DNA from: Candidatus Cloacimonadota bacterium
Lineage (GTDB): Bacteria > Cloacimonadota > Cloacimonadia > Cloacimonadales > JAFGVF01
DNA: 64,000 bases
Direction: 5' to 3'
Assembly: GCA_016838885.1 (NCBI GenBank)
Contig: JAEKNW010000151.1
Location: forward strand, 3,024-67,023
Positions 1 to 10,064 of the stretch are shown here, piece after piece. Made by a program: the position numbers and the translations under genes. Positions within the stretch are counted from its first letter, which is position 1. Each line of letters begins with the position of its first letter. The notes below the pieces were generated by a model that was not told where the DNA came from, ran no database searches, and worked only from the letters and a program-made list of their open reading frames with translations.

Positions 1-1
1 G

Positions 2-916
2 GTATTAGCCCTCAGAGCTTTACAAGTTGGTCCCGGAGATGAAGTAATTACCACTCCTTTTACTTTCTTTGCTACTGCAGGTTCTATAGCCAGAGTTGGT
101 GCAGTACCAGTTTTTGTTGATGTTGATGAAGATACCTTTAATATTAATCCTGATTTAATCGAAGCAGCTATCACTGATAAAACAAAGGCTATTATCCCTG
201 TTCATCTCTTTGGTCAACCTGCAGAGATGGATAAAATCATGGAAATTGCTAAGAGACATCATCTGAAAGTAATTGAAGATAATGCCCAAGGAATTGGTTC
301 AAAATATGCCGGTAAATATTCAGGTTCTATTGGGGATATAGGGACTCTCTCTTTCTTCCCAAGTAAGAATTTAGGTTGCATGGGAGATGGTGGGATGTGT
401 ATCACCCAAGATGAGCAACTGGGCAAAGATTTAGTTCAACTAAGAAAACACGGTGAGAATCCTCAATATTTCCATAAATGGGTGGGTTATAATAGTAGAT
501 TAGATACTCTTCAAGCAGCTGTACTTAATGTGAAGATAAAATATTTAGAAGGCTGGTCTGATGGTAGAAGAAAAAATGCTAAGCTATACTATGAAAAGTT
601 AGCAGATATAAAAGAGATTAAACTACCTGTGATTCATGAAAAAGCAACAACTGTCTATAATCAGTTTACTCTTCAAGCAGAAAGAAGAGATGAGCTAATG
701 GCATTTTTGAAAGAGAATCAAATAGGTTGTGCAATCTATTATCCTAAACCACTCCACATCCAAGAGTGTTTTGAAAATTTAGGTTATAAAGAAGGTGATT
801 TACCAATAGCTGAAAAGTTAGCCAAGAAAGCTGTTTCTATTCCTATCTATACTGAACTTCCTGAAGAACATCAACTTTTTGTTATAGAAAAAATTAGAGA
901 ATTTTACAATAAATAA
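2..916 (+). CDS. DegT/DnrJ/EryC1/StrS-family PLP-dependent sugar aminotransferase, 5' end outside window
   Basis: Frame 2 is open from the window edge (VLALRALQVGPGDEVITTPFTFFATAGSIARVGAVPVFVDVD...) and runs into listed ORF 227..916, whose Met is internal. Family-typical strings are TTPFTFxAT, IIPVHLFGQ and SFFPSKNLG (PLP-lysine region). Confidence 0.85.
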   Translation, partial: VLALRALQVGPGDEVITTPFTFFATAGSIARVGAVPVFVDVDEDTFNINPDLIEAAITDKTKAIIPVHLFGQPAEMDKIMEIAKRHHLKVIEDNAQGIGSKYAGKYSGSIGDIGTLSFFPSKNLGCMGDGGMCITQDEQLGKDLVQLRKHGENPQYFHKWVGYNSRLDTLQAAVLNVKIKYLEGWSDGRRKNAKLYYEKLADIKEIKLPVIHEKATTVYNQFTLQAERRDELMAFLKENQIGCAIYYPKPLHIQECFENLGYKEGDLPIAEKLAKKAVSIPIYTELPEEHQLFVIEKIREFYNK

Positions 917-928
917 GAGGAAATTATA

Positions 929-1711
929 ATGAATATTATAGTATGTATTAAACAGGTTCCGGATACCAATGATATTAAAATAGACCCCGTAACAAATACT
1001 TTAATTAGAGAAGGTGTAGAGAGTATTTTGAATCCTTTTGATACCTATGCTTTAGAAGAAGCAATTAGATTAAAAGAGGCTCATGGTGGGAAAGTTACTG
1101 CTATCACCATGGGACCACCTCAAGCTGAAAGTGTGCTGAAAGAAGCTGTTTCTCTCGGTGTAGATGAAATAGTTTTACTCTCTGATAGAAAATTCGCAGG
1201 TGCAGATACTTGGGCTACCAGTAATACTCTTGCTGCAGCAATAAGAAAGATTGGAGACTTTGATTTAGTTCTCTTTGGTCAGCAGGCTATTGATGGAGAT
1301 ACTGCTCAAGTTGGTCCCGGTGTTGCTACTCATCTTAATTTACCACAAACTTGCTTTGTTCGTAAAATAGAAAAAGTGGAAGCAGGCAAGTTAATCTGCC
1401 AACGTTTAATGGAAGATGGTTATGATGTAGTTGAAATGACCCTTCCTGCTATTATCACTGTCGTTAAGGAGATTAATACTCCGAGACTTCCTTCCCTTAG
1501 AGGAAAGAAAAATGCCAGATCTGCTGTTCCTGAAGTATGGAATGCTGAGATGTTAGAGCTTGATGAGAAAACAATCGGACTTAACGGTTCTCCAACTCAA
1601 GTTGTTGAAATCTTCTCTCCTGATACTCATAAAGAAGGACAGAGGTTTGAAGGCAGCCCGGAAGAGAGTGCTGATTTAATAATCGATAGATTAAAGAAAC
1701 TAACAATTTAA
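929..1711 (+). CDS. etfB: electron transfer flavoprotein beta subunit (EtfB/FixA family)
   Basis: 260 aa. N-terminus MNIIVCIKQVPDT and length are typical of EtfB. GAGGA RBS upstream. No etfA follows. Confidence 0.85.
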   Translation: MNIIVCIKQVPDTNDIKIDPVTNTLIREGVESILNPFDTYALEEAIRLKEAHGGKVTAITMGPPQAESVLKEAVSLGVDEIVLLSDRKFAGADTWATSNTLAAAIRKIGDFDLVLFGQQAIDGDTAQVGPGVATHLNLPQTCFVRKIEKVEAGKLICQRLMEDGYDVVEMTLPAIITVVKEINTPRLPSLRGKKNARSAVPEVWNAEMLELDEKTIGLNGSPTQVVEIFSPDTHKEGQRFEGSPEESADLIIDRLKKLTI

Positions 1712-1722
1712 ACAATTATCCG

Positions 1723-1755
1723 AGCAACCTGTTGTTACTAGCAGGTTGCTTTTTG
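1723..1755 (+). terminator. rho-independent terminator after etfB
   Basis: gcaacctg / caggttgc stem with 9-10-nt loop, followed by TTTTT. Confidence 0.65.
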
Positions 1756-1774
1756 ATTAATCATAGGAGCCAAA

Positions 1775-2584
1775 ATGATTCAATTCCCTGACATTCAACC
1801 TTATATAGTAAAATTTAGTATTGGCAACTTCCCCCTAGAAATTAGATATTATGGTTTGCTTTACTTGATTAGTTTCGCCTTGGGCTATATTTTTGTTCGT
1901 AAGAACCTGCATCACAGAGGAATTGTATTATCCAAAGAAAAATATAGCGACCTTATTTTCTACATTATTCTTGGTGTAATCCTAGGCGGAAGAGTTGGCT
2001 ATATGCTCTTTTATGCTTTGCCTGAGTTTCTTGGTAATCCGCTAAAACTCTTCTATGTTCACGAGGGAGGAATGTCCTTTCATGGTGGATTGTTAGGGGT
2101 AATTATTGCAGGTTATATATTTGCCCGCAGGGAGAAAATAAGCTTTTTGGGTGGTGCTGATGTCGTAATGCCTTGGGCAGCCCTCGGCTTAGGCTTGGGA
2201 AGATTGGGAAACTTCATCAATGCTGAGCTATATGGCTCACCGACAGACCTCCCTTGGGGAGTTGTATTCCCGGGCGAAGTTGTAGCCCGTCATCCCTCTC
2301 AACTCTATGAAATGCTCTTTGAAGGTATCTTGATGTTTATTATCTTACAATATATGGTCAAGCATACCAAGAAAGAAGGACTCATCTTCTGGGCTTTCTT
2401 TATTTTGTATGGAATAGCTAGATTTTTAATAGAGTTCGTAAGACTTCCTGACAATATCGAATCACTATATCCAAATGGTTTACTTTATGGGTTTATACCT
2501 TTATCTCAAGGACAATTCCTCAGTGCTTTAATGATTATTGCAGGGATAATTGGAACAATTATTATTTATCGGAAAGCTAAATGA
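1775..2584 (+). CDS. lgt: prolipoprotein diacylglyceryl transferase
   Basis: 269 aa polytopic membrane protein with Lgt signatures GGMSFHGGLLG and GRLGNFINAELYG. Confidence 0.9.
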   Translation: MIQFPDIQPYIVKFSIGNFPLEIRYYGLLYLISFALGYIFVRKNLHHRGIVLSKEKYSDLIFYIILGVILGGRVGYMLFYALPEFLGNPLKLFYVHEGGMSFHGGLLGVIIAGYIFARREKISFLGGADVVMPWAALGLGLGRLGNFINAELYGSPTDLPWGVVFPGEVVARHPSQLYEMLFEGILMFIILQYMVKHTKKEGLIFWAFFILYGIARFLIEFVRLPDNIESLYPNGLLYGFIPLSQGQFLSALMIIAGIIGTIIIYRKAK

Positions 2585-3210
2585 AAAGAGCTTACATATT
2601 AATCGTGGCCATATTATTTATGGTTGGCTGTTCTTCAGTAAAGCAGTTATCCGAAAAACAAAAAGAGAAGTTGGCACGAACTAATCTAGCTTATCTGAAT
2701 AACTTTAACTCACGAGGAGTTGTTGATATCTCAGTTAAAGGTTTTTCACTTAAAAAAGAATTTTTTCTGAAAAAGAATAGTAAAAGTCTCAGATTAGATA
2801 TCCTGGATTCAGGGATTATGAGCTTGTTGCCATCTCCATTTGCCAGCCTTTATGTTGAAGATAAAATCTTAGTAACTAATTATAACAAAGGCTTTTTCCC
2901 AGATTTAGTTTCTGAACAATTCCCTGTTAATCAGTTTTTAGATTTGGAGAAACTACCTCAAGGAATTATTGACGAAATTATAAAAAATAGAAAGTTTACT
3001 ATCGCCATTATTCAATTTGAGTTTGATGAAAAGTATAGATTGCATCAAATTATTATGAATGAAAATAAAACTACCTTTGAATATCAAAATAATGACCTTT
3101 ATAGAATAAATTTTCTTTCCCCTAAAGCTGAAGTCAAGTTTGATTTCGATAGTTTTGAAACAGGGGATGTTCTTATAAAACCTGTAGAATTAAAAAATAA
3201 AATAGATTAG
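2581..3210 (+). CDS. lipoprotein of unknown function
   Basis: ATGA overlap with the lgt stop. Signal peptide with lipobox-like FMVGC. No recognisable catalytic motif. Confidence 0.5.
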   Translation: MKRAYILIVAILFMVGCSSVKQLSEKQKEKLARTNLAYLNNFNSRGVVDISVKGFSLKKEFFLKKNSKSLRLDILDSGIMSLLPSPFASLYVEDKILVTNYNKGFFPDLVSEQFPVNQFLDLEKLPQGIIDEIIKNRKFTIAIIQFEFDEKYRLHQIIMNENKTTFEYQNNDLYRINFLSPKAEVKFDFDSFETGDVLIKPVELKNKID

Positions 3211-3220
3211 GAGTATATAC

Positions 3221-4522
3221 ATGATTACCAGGTATTCACGCCCGGAAATGAGCAATATTTGGGATATGCAAAATCGCTATCAATGCTGGTTGGATGTAGA
3301 AATTGCTGCTTGTAAAGCAATGAACGAAAAAGGGATTATTCCTTCAGAAGACTTAAAGAATATTGTTGATAAAGCTGATTTCAATGTAGCCAGAGTTGAT
3401 GAAATTGAACTTACAACCAAGCACGATATTATCGCCTTCTTAACAAATGTTGCAGAATATGTTGGGCCCTCATCACGTTGGATTCATTACGGGATGACCT
3501 CCTCTGATGTCTTAGATACTGCCACAGCCCTTCAGTGTAAACAAGCTGGAATTCTTATCTTAAAAGAGTTAGAAATTTTCGCTGAATCTTTACGCCAAAA
3601 AGCTATAAAATACAAAGATACAGTGTGTATTGGCAGATCTCATGGGATTCATGCAGAACCTACTTCTTTTGGATTGAAATTCACCCTCTGGTTTGACGAA
3701 ATGAATCGTAACATTACTAGAATGAAAAGAGCTATAGATGTTGTTTCTGTTGGTCAAATCTCTGGAGCTGTAGGTAATTACGCCCATCTCTCTCCCGAGA
3801 TTGAAGAATTGGCTTGTAAACACTTAGAACTTAAGCCGGTAAATATAGCAACTCAAGTTATTCAACGCGATAGACATGCAGAATTCCTCACTACCCTAGC
3901 GATAATCGCTACTACTATCGAAAAAATTTCTGTTGAAATTAGACATTTGCAAAGAACTGAAGTGCGAGAAGCGGAAGAAAGATTCACTAAAGGTCAAAAA
4001 GGTTCCTCTGCTATGCCTCACAAAAGAAATCCTATCGTTACTGAACAGATGACAGGCTTGGCAAGACTTATTAGATCTAATGCCATGGCTGCCTTAGAAA
4101 ATAATGCTCTGTGGCATGAAAGAGATATATCTCACTCTTCCGTAGAAAGAATAATTTTACCAGACTCCACAATTTTAGTACATTACATGTTAGGTAAAAT
4201 GATCCAGCTGATTGATAATCTGGCCGTCTATGAAGAGAATATTACCAAAAATTTAGAACTAACAGGGGGATTAGTCTTCTCGCAAGTTCTCCTCTTAAAA
4301 CTAGCTTCCAGAGGAGTATCACGTGAAGATAGCTATGCCATGGTTCAACGCAATGCGATGAAAGCTTGGGAAGAAGGAGATAACTTTAAAGAATTAATCT
4401 TAAATGACCAAGAAATTATGAATGTACTAACTAAGGAAGATTTTGATGAAGTATTCTCCTATGATAGATATATCCAAAATGTAGATTTTATCTTGAGACG
4501 GAGTGGAGTAATAACTAAATAG
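3221..4522 (+). CDS. purB: adenylosuccinate lyase
   Basis: 433 aa. MITRYSRPEMSNIW N-terminus, GSSAMPHKRNP fumarate-lyase signature, and length as in the Bacillus-type PurB. Confidence 0.92.
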   Translation: MITRYSRPEMSNIWDMQNRYQCWLDVEIAACKAMNEKGIIPSEDLKNIVDKADFNVARVDEIELTTKHDIIAFLTNVAEYVGPSSRWIHYGMTSSDVLDTATALQCKQAGILILKELEIFAESLRQKAIKYKDTVCIGRSHGIHAEPTSFGLKFTLWFDEMNRNITRMKRAIDVVSVGQISGAVGNYAHLSPEIEELACKHLELKPVNIATQVIQRDRHAEFLTTLAIIATTIEKISVEIRHLQRTEVREAEERFTKGQKGSSAMPHKRNPIVTEQMTGLARLIRSNAMAALENNALWHERDISHSSVERIILPDSTILVHYMLGKMIQLIDNLAVYEENITKNLELTGGLVFSQVLLLKLASRGVSREDSYAMVQRNAMKAWEEGDNFKELILNDQEIMNVLTKEDFDEVFSYDRYIQNVDFILRRSGVITK

Positions 4523-4624
4523 AATATAGCGAGCAATAAAGCTCTTTTCTTCATAGACTTAAGTCATGAATTAAAAAAGGGCATAAGCCTATGATAAAAA
4601 AGTTTTTAATTAGGAGTTCAAAGA

Positions 4625-5251
4625 ATGTTAGATTTTGTTAAACTCAAGTTATATCAACGCTTGGGTTATAAGAGCTTAAGAAAAGGGAAGCATGAAAAAG
4701 CTTTAAAACATTTTGAGAAAGCAATGATAATTTCTCAAGAAGTTTCGATAATTTTCAATTATGTAGTAGCCCTCTCAGCACTTGGTAAATACTCTGAGGC
4801 CTATCCCTACTTGAAAAAAATACTATCTGAGTATAGGGATAATGAGATGGCAATCTCTCTTATGCTTTGGGTTTGTATGATGCTCAGAAAATGGGAAGAA
4901 GCTATCTCTCTATGTGAACAGATTAGGCTTCAATTTCCATCAAATCAAGAGTTCATTCATCTTTATGATATCCTTCAGAATAGTGAATTGAGAGAAAGAT
5001 TTATATCTGCTCATTCATTAATCAAGCAAGCTGATCAAAAGACTTTAAAAAAGGAATATTCAGAAGCTGTTGATTTACTAAAAAAAGCCTTAGAAATAAA
5101 CCCTGACGAAGCTCTTGCTTATAATAATTTAGCTTCAATTCATTTTACTCTTAAACTCAAAGATGAGGCAAAAGCATACATCAAAAAAGCAGTTGAATTG
5201 GACCCCTTAAACAAAAGATATAAACAGAATTTGAGAATTATTGATAAATAG
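4625..5251 (+). CDS. TPR-repeat protein
   Basis: 208 aa with repeated 34-aa helical motifs (e.g. YSEAVDLLKKALEINPDEALAYNNLA, AKAYIKKAVELDP). Confidence 0.6.
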   Translation: MLDFVKLKLYQRLGYKSLRKGKHEKALKHFEKAMIISQEVSIIFNYVVALSALGKYSEAYPYLKKILSEYRDNEMAISLMLWVCMMLRKWEEAISLCEQIRLQFPSNQEFIHLYDILQNSELRERFISAHSLIKQADQKTLKKEYSEAVDLLKKALEINPDEALAYNNLASIHFTLKLKDEAKAYIKKAVELDPLNKRYKQNLRIIDK

Positions 5252-5259
5252 AGGTTGAG

Positions 5260-6543
5260 ATGTTTAGTAAAGAAGAAATAATTTCGATTTTAAAAGAAGA
5301 TATTGCTCCTGCGCAAGGGTGCACAGAACCTATAGCAATAGCTTTAGCAACAGCTTATGTAACAAGTGTATTAACAGAACCTATCAATACAATTGAGGTT
5401 TATTTAAGTCAGAATATTTTAAAAAATGCACTTGGTGTTGGTATCCCCGGCACAAATGAAAGAGGGATTAAAATGGCTGTTGCCTTGGGAGCTGTAGCAG
5501 GTTTACCTGAACTCCAACTGGAAGTGCTTCAGCATGTTGACGAAGTGAACGTTAAAGATGCTCAAGTAATGATAGCAAAGAATGTAATCGAAATTAAACT
5601 AAGTACGAATGATGAACTCTTCTGGATTGAAGTAATAGCATACTCCGATAATCACAAAGCTACTGCAATTATGCAGGGGAAACATACTAATCTCTATAAA
5701 TTGACTGTTGATGATATGATTTTGCAAGAGAGCGGAAGAATTGATTCTGTTACCAAAAGTGATGATATTAGACAAATTATCCAGGTATCTGACATCTTAG
5801 ATGCTGTCTTGGCCTCCAATGAAGATGAGTTAGGTTTTTTAGAAGAGGTAATAACTAAAAACTTCGAAATTGCCAAATTTGGATTAGAAAACAACTCCGG
5901 ATATGGTATAGCTAAATCCATCCAAGAAAACATCCGAAATGGACTTTTTGGGGAAGGTATTGTTAATTATGCAACAATGCTCACAGTTGCGGGAAGTGAA
6001 GCCCGGATGAGTGGTTGCCAGCTCCCAGCCATGGCAAATTCAGGGAGTGGAAATCAAGGTATCACCCTAACTGTTCCAATGATTGCCCTGTCCGAAAGAC
6101 TAAACTCCAGTAGGTTAGAACTTCTGCAAGCTGTTGCAATTTCTCACTTAACATCAATACACGTAAAGAGTTATTTTGGTATTCTTTCTGCTTTATGTGG
6201 AATTGTAAATGCTTCTATTGGGATTAGTGCCGGAGCTGTATTTCTGCTTAAAGGCAAACTAACCAATATGGAAGCAGCAATTCAAAATGTTATTGGTGAT
6301 ATAGCCGGAATGATCTGCGATGGAGCAAAATTAGGTTGTTCTTTGAAAGTTGCTACCGGTGTTAGAACTGCTTTAAATAGTGCTATCTTAGGAATGTCTA
6401 ATATTTGTGTAAATGATTATGAGGGAATTAACGGGGCCAATATCGAAGAGTCTTTCAAAAATTTAGGGACTTTAGTTCTTGGAGGAATGAAAGAAGTTGA
6501 TAAATCGATCTTACAAGTAATGTTAAAAAAAGAAAATAAATAA
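5260..6543 (+). CDS. UPF0597 / L-cysteine desulfidase family protein (serine-dehydratase-alpha-like)
   Basis: 427 aa. N-terminal PAQGCTEPIAIALA motif as in YhaM/CdsB-type proteins. GSGNQG loop. Confidence 0.75.
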   Translation: MFSKEEIISILKEDIAPAQGCTEPIAIALATAYVTSVLTEPINTIEVYLSQNILKNALGVGIPGTNERGIKMAVALGAVAGLPELQLEVLQHVDEVNVKDAQVMIAKNVIEIKLSTNDELFWIEVIAYSDNHKATAIMQGKHTNLYKLTVDDMILQESGRIDSVTKSDDIRQIIQVSDILDAVLASNEDELGFLEEVITKNFEIAKFGLENNSGYGIAKSIQENIRNGLFGEGIVNYATMLTVAGSEARMSGCQLPAMANSGSGNQGITLTVPMIALSERLNSSRLELLQAVAISHLTSIHVKSYFGILSALCGIVNASIGISAGAVFLLKGKLTNMEAAIQNVIGDIAGMICDGAKLGCSLKVATGVRTALNSAILGMSNICVNDYEGINGANIEESFKNLGTLVLGGMKEVDKSILQVMLKKENK

Positions 6544-6566
6544 AAATATAAAAATGGAGAAGTAAA

Positions 6567-8585
6567 ATGATTGACTTTGATTACAAAAAAGCTATTAAAG
6601 TAAAGTTGTCAGATGAATTACCACCTAAAGCGGAGTTTGATCCCAGCAAACGAAGAGCTCCTGATAGAGGACTGAATCTTTCTAAATATGAAATTAAAAT
6701 TGCTTTGAAAAACGCTTTACGCTACATCCCAGAGCATCTCCACGAAGAAATTGCTCCTGAATTTCTTGAAGAACTTAAAACTATGGGGAGAATTTATGGC
6801 TATAGATACCGTCCCCAAGGTAAACTAATAGGTAAAGCAATCGATGAGTATAAAGGGATTACTCCTGCACGTGCTATGCAAGTAATGATAGATAATAACT
6901 TAGATTTCGAGATAGCCCTCTATCCTTACGAGCTAGTTACTTATGGTGAAACCGGCCAAATTTTCCAAAACTGGATGCAATACCAATTAATTAAACAATA
7001 CTTAGAGATTATGACTGAAGACCAAACTCTTGTGGTAGCTTCAGGACATCCTGTTGGACTATTCCCTTCAAAACCTGAAGCCCCACGTGTGATTAACACC
7101 AACGGTTTAGTAATAGGTAAATGGGACAATCCTGACGACTTTAAAAGACTCACTGCATTAGGAGTCGCTAATTATGGACAGATGACAGCCGGGGGTTGGA
7201 TGTATATCGGACCTCAAGGAATTGTGCACGGTACCTATATTACCCTTCTTAATGCGGGAAGAAAATATCTGGGAATCCCTGAAGATAAAGATTTGAAAGG
7301 GAAGATATTCCTTACTTCAGGACTGGGAGGTATGTCAGGTGCTCAACCAAAAGCTTGTGAAATTGCAGGTGGAATTTGTGTTGTAGCAGAAGTGGACCAT
7401 AGTCGCATCGAAACCCGTTATGAACAAGGATGGGTCTCAAAAGTTTCTGGTAATTTAGAAGAAATCAAGAATTGGATAGAAGAGTATAGAAAAATTGAAA
7501 AACCAATTTCTATAGCCTACCACGGTAATGTAGTTGACTTGTTAGAATATATAGATTCTCAAAATATTAAGATTGAACTATTATCAGATCAAACCTCCTG
7601 CCATGCCGTGTATGATGGTGGTTATACCCCAGCAGGCCTTGATTTCGAAGAGGGAAGAAGATTAATTAAAGAAGATTTGCCTAGATTTAAGAAATTGGTC
7701 GATGAATCTCTGCTTAGACACTTTGAGGTGCTAAAAAAACTCACTGCTAAAGGGGCTTATTTCTGGGATTACGGTAATAGTTTCATGGCTTCAATCTTTG
7801 ATGCAGGAGCAAAAGAAATTGCCAAAAATAAAGTCAACACTAATGAAGGTTTTATTTGGCCATCTTATGTTGAAGATATTATGGGTCCAATCTGCTTTGA
7901 TAATGGCTATGGGCCATTCAGATGGGTTTGTTTGTCCCGAAGAGATGAAGATTTAAGAAAGACTGATCAGATTGCTATGGATTGTATAGATCCAAAAAGA
8001 TGCTCTTTAGATCGAGATAATTATCATTGGATTGCCACCGCTGAGGAGAATGCTCTCGTTGTGGGTACTAGAGCAAGGATTCTCTATGCAGATGAAGAAG
8101 GTAGAGTCGAAATAGCTCTTAGATTTAATGAAGCAATTAGACAAGGCTTAATAGGACCTGTGATGCTGGGTAGAGATCATCACGATGTTTCAGGAACAGA
8201 TTCACCTTTCAGAGAGACTTCTAACATTTATGATGGCAGTAATGTGATGGCAGATATGGCAACTCACTGCTTTGGAGGAAATATTGCTAGAGGAATGTCT
8301 TTGGTTGTATTATCTAACGGAGGTGGTGTTGGTGTTGGAAGATCAATCAATGGTGGAAACGGTATTGTCCTTGATGGTTCAAAGAGAATGGACGAAATTA
8401 TTAAAAGTGCTCTATCTTGGGATGTTATGGGTGGTGTTGCCAGAAGAAACTGGGCAAGAAATACAAATGCAATTAAGACCTCATCCCAATGGAATGAAAA
8501 ACATGCCGGTGAGGGTCATATCACAATCCCATACTTAGCTGACGATAAATTCATTGACACATTAGTCGATGACAAAATAAAATAA
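6567..8585 (+). CDS. hutU: urocanate hydratase (long form)
   Basis: 672 aa. Urocanase signatures ANYGQMTAGGWMYIGPQGIVHGTY and GLGGMSGAQP. Confidence 0.9.
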   Translation: MIDFDYKKAIKVKLSDELPPKAEFDPSKRRAPDRGLNLSKYEIKIALKNALRYIPEHLHEEIAPEFLEELKTMGRIYGYRYRPQGKLIGKAIDEYKGITPARAMQVMIDNNLDFEIALYPYELVTYGETGQIFQNWMQYQLIKQYLEIMTEDQTLVVASGHPVGLFPSKPEAPRVINTNGLVIGKWDNPDDFKRLTALGVANYGQMTAGGWMYIGPQGIVHGTYITLLNAGRKYLGIPEDKDLKGKIFLTSGLGGMSGAQPKACEIAGGICVVAEVDHSRIETRYEQGWVSKVSGNLEEIKNWIEEYRKIEKPISIAYHGNVVDLLEYIDSQNIKIELLSDQTSCHAVYDGGYTPAGLDFEEGRRLIKEDLPRFKKLVDESLLRHFEVLKKLTAKGAYFWDYGNSFMASIFDAGAKEIAKNKVNTNEGFIWPSYVEDIMGPICFDNGYGPFRWVCLSRRDEDLRKTDQIAMDCIDPKRCSLDRDNYHWIATAEENALVVGTRARILYADEEGRVEIALRFNEAIRQGLIGPVMLGRDHHDVSGTDSPFRETSNIYDGSNVMADMATHCFGGNIARGMSLVVLSNGGGVGVGRSINGGNGIVLDGSKRMDEIIKSALSWDVMGGVARRNWARNTNAIKTSSQWNEKHAGEGHITIPYLADDKFIDTLVDDKIK

Positions 8586-8671
8586 CCTTTACTATAGAGA
8601 GTGTAGAAATACACTCTCTAAAAACTAAACTTGGGTAAAATATGAATTTTGGATTTAATTAGGAGTAAACA

Positions 8672-10039
8672 ATGGATACAAATATTGAAGCTTATGAAAA
8701 AAAAATGAGAGAAGCAGGCTTAAATGAAGACGTAATAACCACCTTCATTAAGTATTATAACCAATTGAAAGAAGGAATTACAGGTAAGCTTTCCCATGAT
8801 ATAATCGAAGCTCCAAATCGATTAAATTTAATAAACTACGATGGTTTAACAAAACATGATGATTCATTGTTAGACCAACTTGCAGTTATTAAACTAAATG
8901 GTGGATTAGGCACAAGTATGGGTCTGGATAAAGCAAAATCTCTCTTACCCGTTAAAGGTGAATTTAACTTTCTAGATATTCTTGCTAATCAAATAATTGC
9001 TCTAAGAGATAAATATCAATCTCGTATCCCTTTAATCTTTATGAATAGCTTTAAAACCCAGAAAGATACTATAACTTATCTTGAGAAATATGATACTCTT
9101 AAAAGTGATGATTTAGATCTTGATTTTCTCCAGAACAAATATCCCAGAATCAGACAAGATAATTTTATGCCCCTTAATTTAGCAGATGATGAGAATAATT
9201 GGAATCCGCCAGGACACGGTGATATTTATTCAGCACTTTACTCTTCAGGTTTGCTTGATCAACTTATAGAAAAAGGCTATAATTATGCCTTTATCTCTAA
9301 TTCAGATAACCTGGGAGCTGTTGTTGACCCTTTAATTCTAACCTTTATGGACAAAAATGAAGTCCCTTTTATCATGGAAGTTTGCCGAAGGACAGAAATG
9401 GACAAAAAGGGAGGTCATCTAGCCCAAACTAAAGAAGGCAAGCTGATTCTTAGAGAAGTTGCTCAATGCCCTGATGAAGAAATCTGCGAATTTCAAGATA
9501 TCAAAAAATATTCATTTTTTAATACCAATAATTTATGGGTCAATTTAAAGCATCTAAAAGAAACCCTGCTGGAAAACAATAACACACTTGAGTTACCCAT
9601 AATTATCAATCCTAAAAATGTCGAAAATATTCCAGTATATCAGATAGAAACGGCTATGGGAGCCGCTATAAGCGTCTTTGAAAATGCTAAAGCTATTATT
9701 GTCCCTCGCTCAAGATTTGCTCCTGTGAAAAAAACTAATGACCTATTACTTATTTGGTCTGATGTCTATAAAATAAATTCCGATTACCAAATTGTTCTTA
9801 CGGAAGGACTTGAAGAAGCACCTTTAATTGAATTAGATTCTGAGAACTATAAATCAGTAGAACAACTTAAAACTCACTTCAAAGAAGTCCCATCTTTAAT
9901 CCAGTGCACTAGCCTAAAAGTTCAAGGCAATATTCACTTCAGTAAAGATGTTGTAATTATCGGAAACGTAGAGATCAAAAGTACCGAAAAAGAGAGAATC
10001 TCCGATACTATTTTGAATAATGAAACTGTGATATTTTAA
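8672..10039 (+). CDS. UDPGP-family (eukaryotic-type) UTP--sugar-1-phosphate uridylyltransferase
   Basis: 455 aa. KLNGGLGTSMG nucleotide-binding loop, NSDNLGA, PPGHGD. This is the pattern of the UDP-glucose pyrophosphorylase (UGP2-like) family, not GalU. Confidence 0.8.
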   Translation: MDTNIEAYEKKMREAGLNEDVITTFIKYYNQLKEGITGKLSHDIIEAPNRLNLINYDGLTKHDDSLLDQLAVIKLNGGLGTSMGLDKAKSLLPVKGEFNFLDILANQIIALRDKYQSRIPLIFMNSFKTQKDTITYLEKYDTLKSDDLDLDFLQNKYPRIRQDNFMPLNLADDENNWNPPGHGDIYSALYSSGLLDQLIEKGYNYAFISNSDNLGAVVDPLILTFMDKNEVPFIMEVCRRTEMDKKGGHLAQTKEGKLILREVAQCPDEEICEFQDIKKYSFFNTNNLWVNLKHLKETLLENNNTLELPIIINPKNVENIPVYQIETAMGAAISVFENAKAIIVPRSRFAPVKKTNDLLLIWSDVYKINSDYQIVLTEGLEEAPLIELDSENYKSVEQLKTHFKEVPSLIQCTSLKVQGNIHFSKDVVIIGNVEIKSTEKERISDTILNNETVIF

Positions 10040-10064
10040 TCTATAAGGAAAATTGTGAGGACTT

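Noticed and set aside
8272-8538. 88-aa + strand ORF inside hutU; similar internal or antisense ORFs at 3590.., 5694.., 6941.., 20748.., 21134.., 25128.., 27691.., 29305.., 29668.., 29841.., 30761.., 34546.., 35591.., 39854.., 43467.., 44079.., 48095.., 48344.., 51348.., 51741.., 52354.., 52993.., 56126.., 56396.., 56822.., 57029.., 57653.., 59114.., 62576..
   Set aside because: All are embedded in, or antisense to, longer ORFs with clear family signatures. None has independent support.
5260-8585. Histidine-utilisation (hut) operon
   Set aside because: Only hutU is present. The neighbours are a cysteine-desulfidase-family gene and a UDPGP enzyme, and there is no hutH/hutI/hutG.
8596-8619. Hairpin agagagtgta-GAAA-tacactctct after hutU as a terminator
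   Set aside because: It is a good 10-bp stem, but on the + strand it is followed by an A-run rather than a U-run, so it is not called as an intrinsic terminator.
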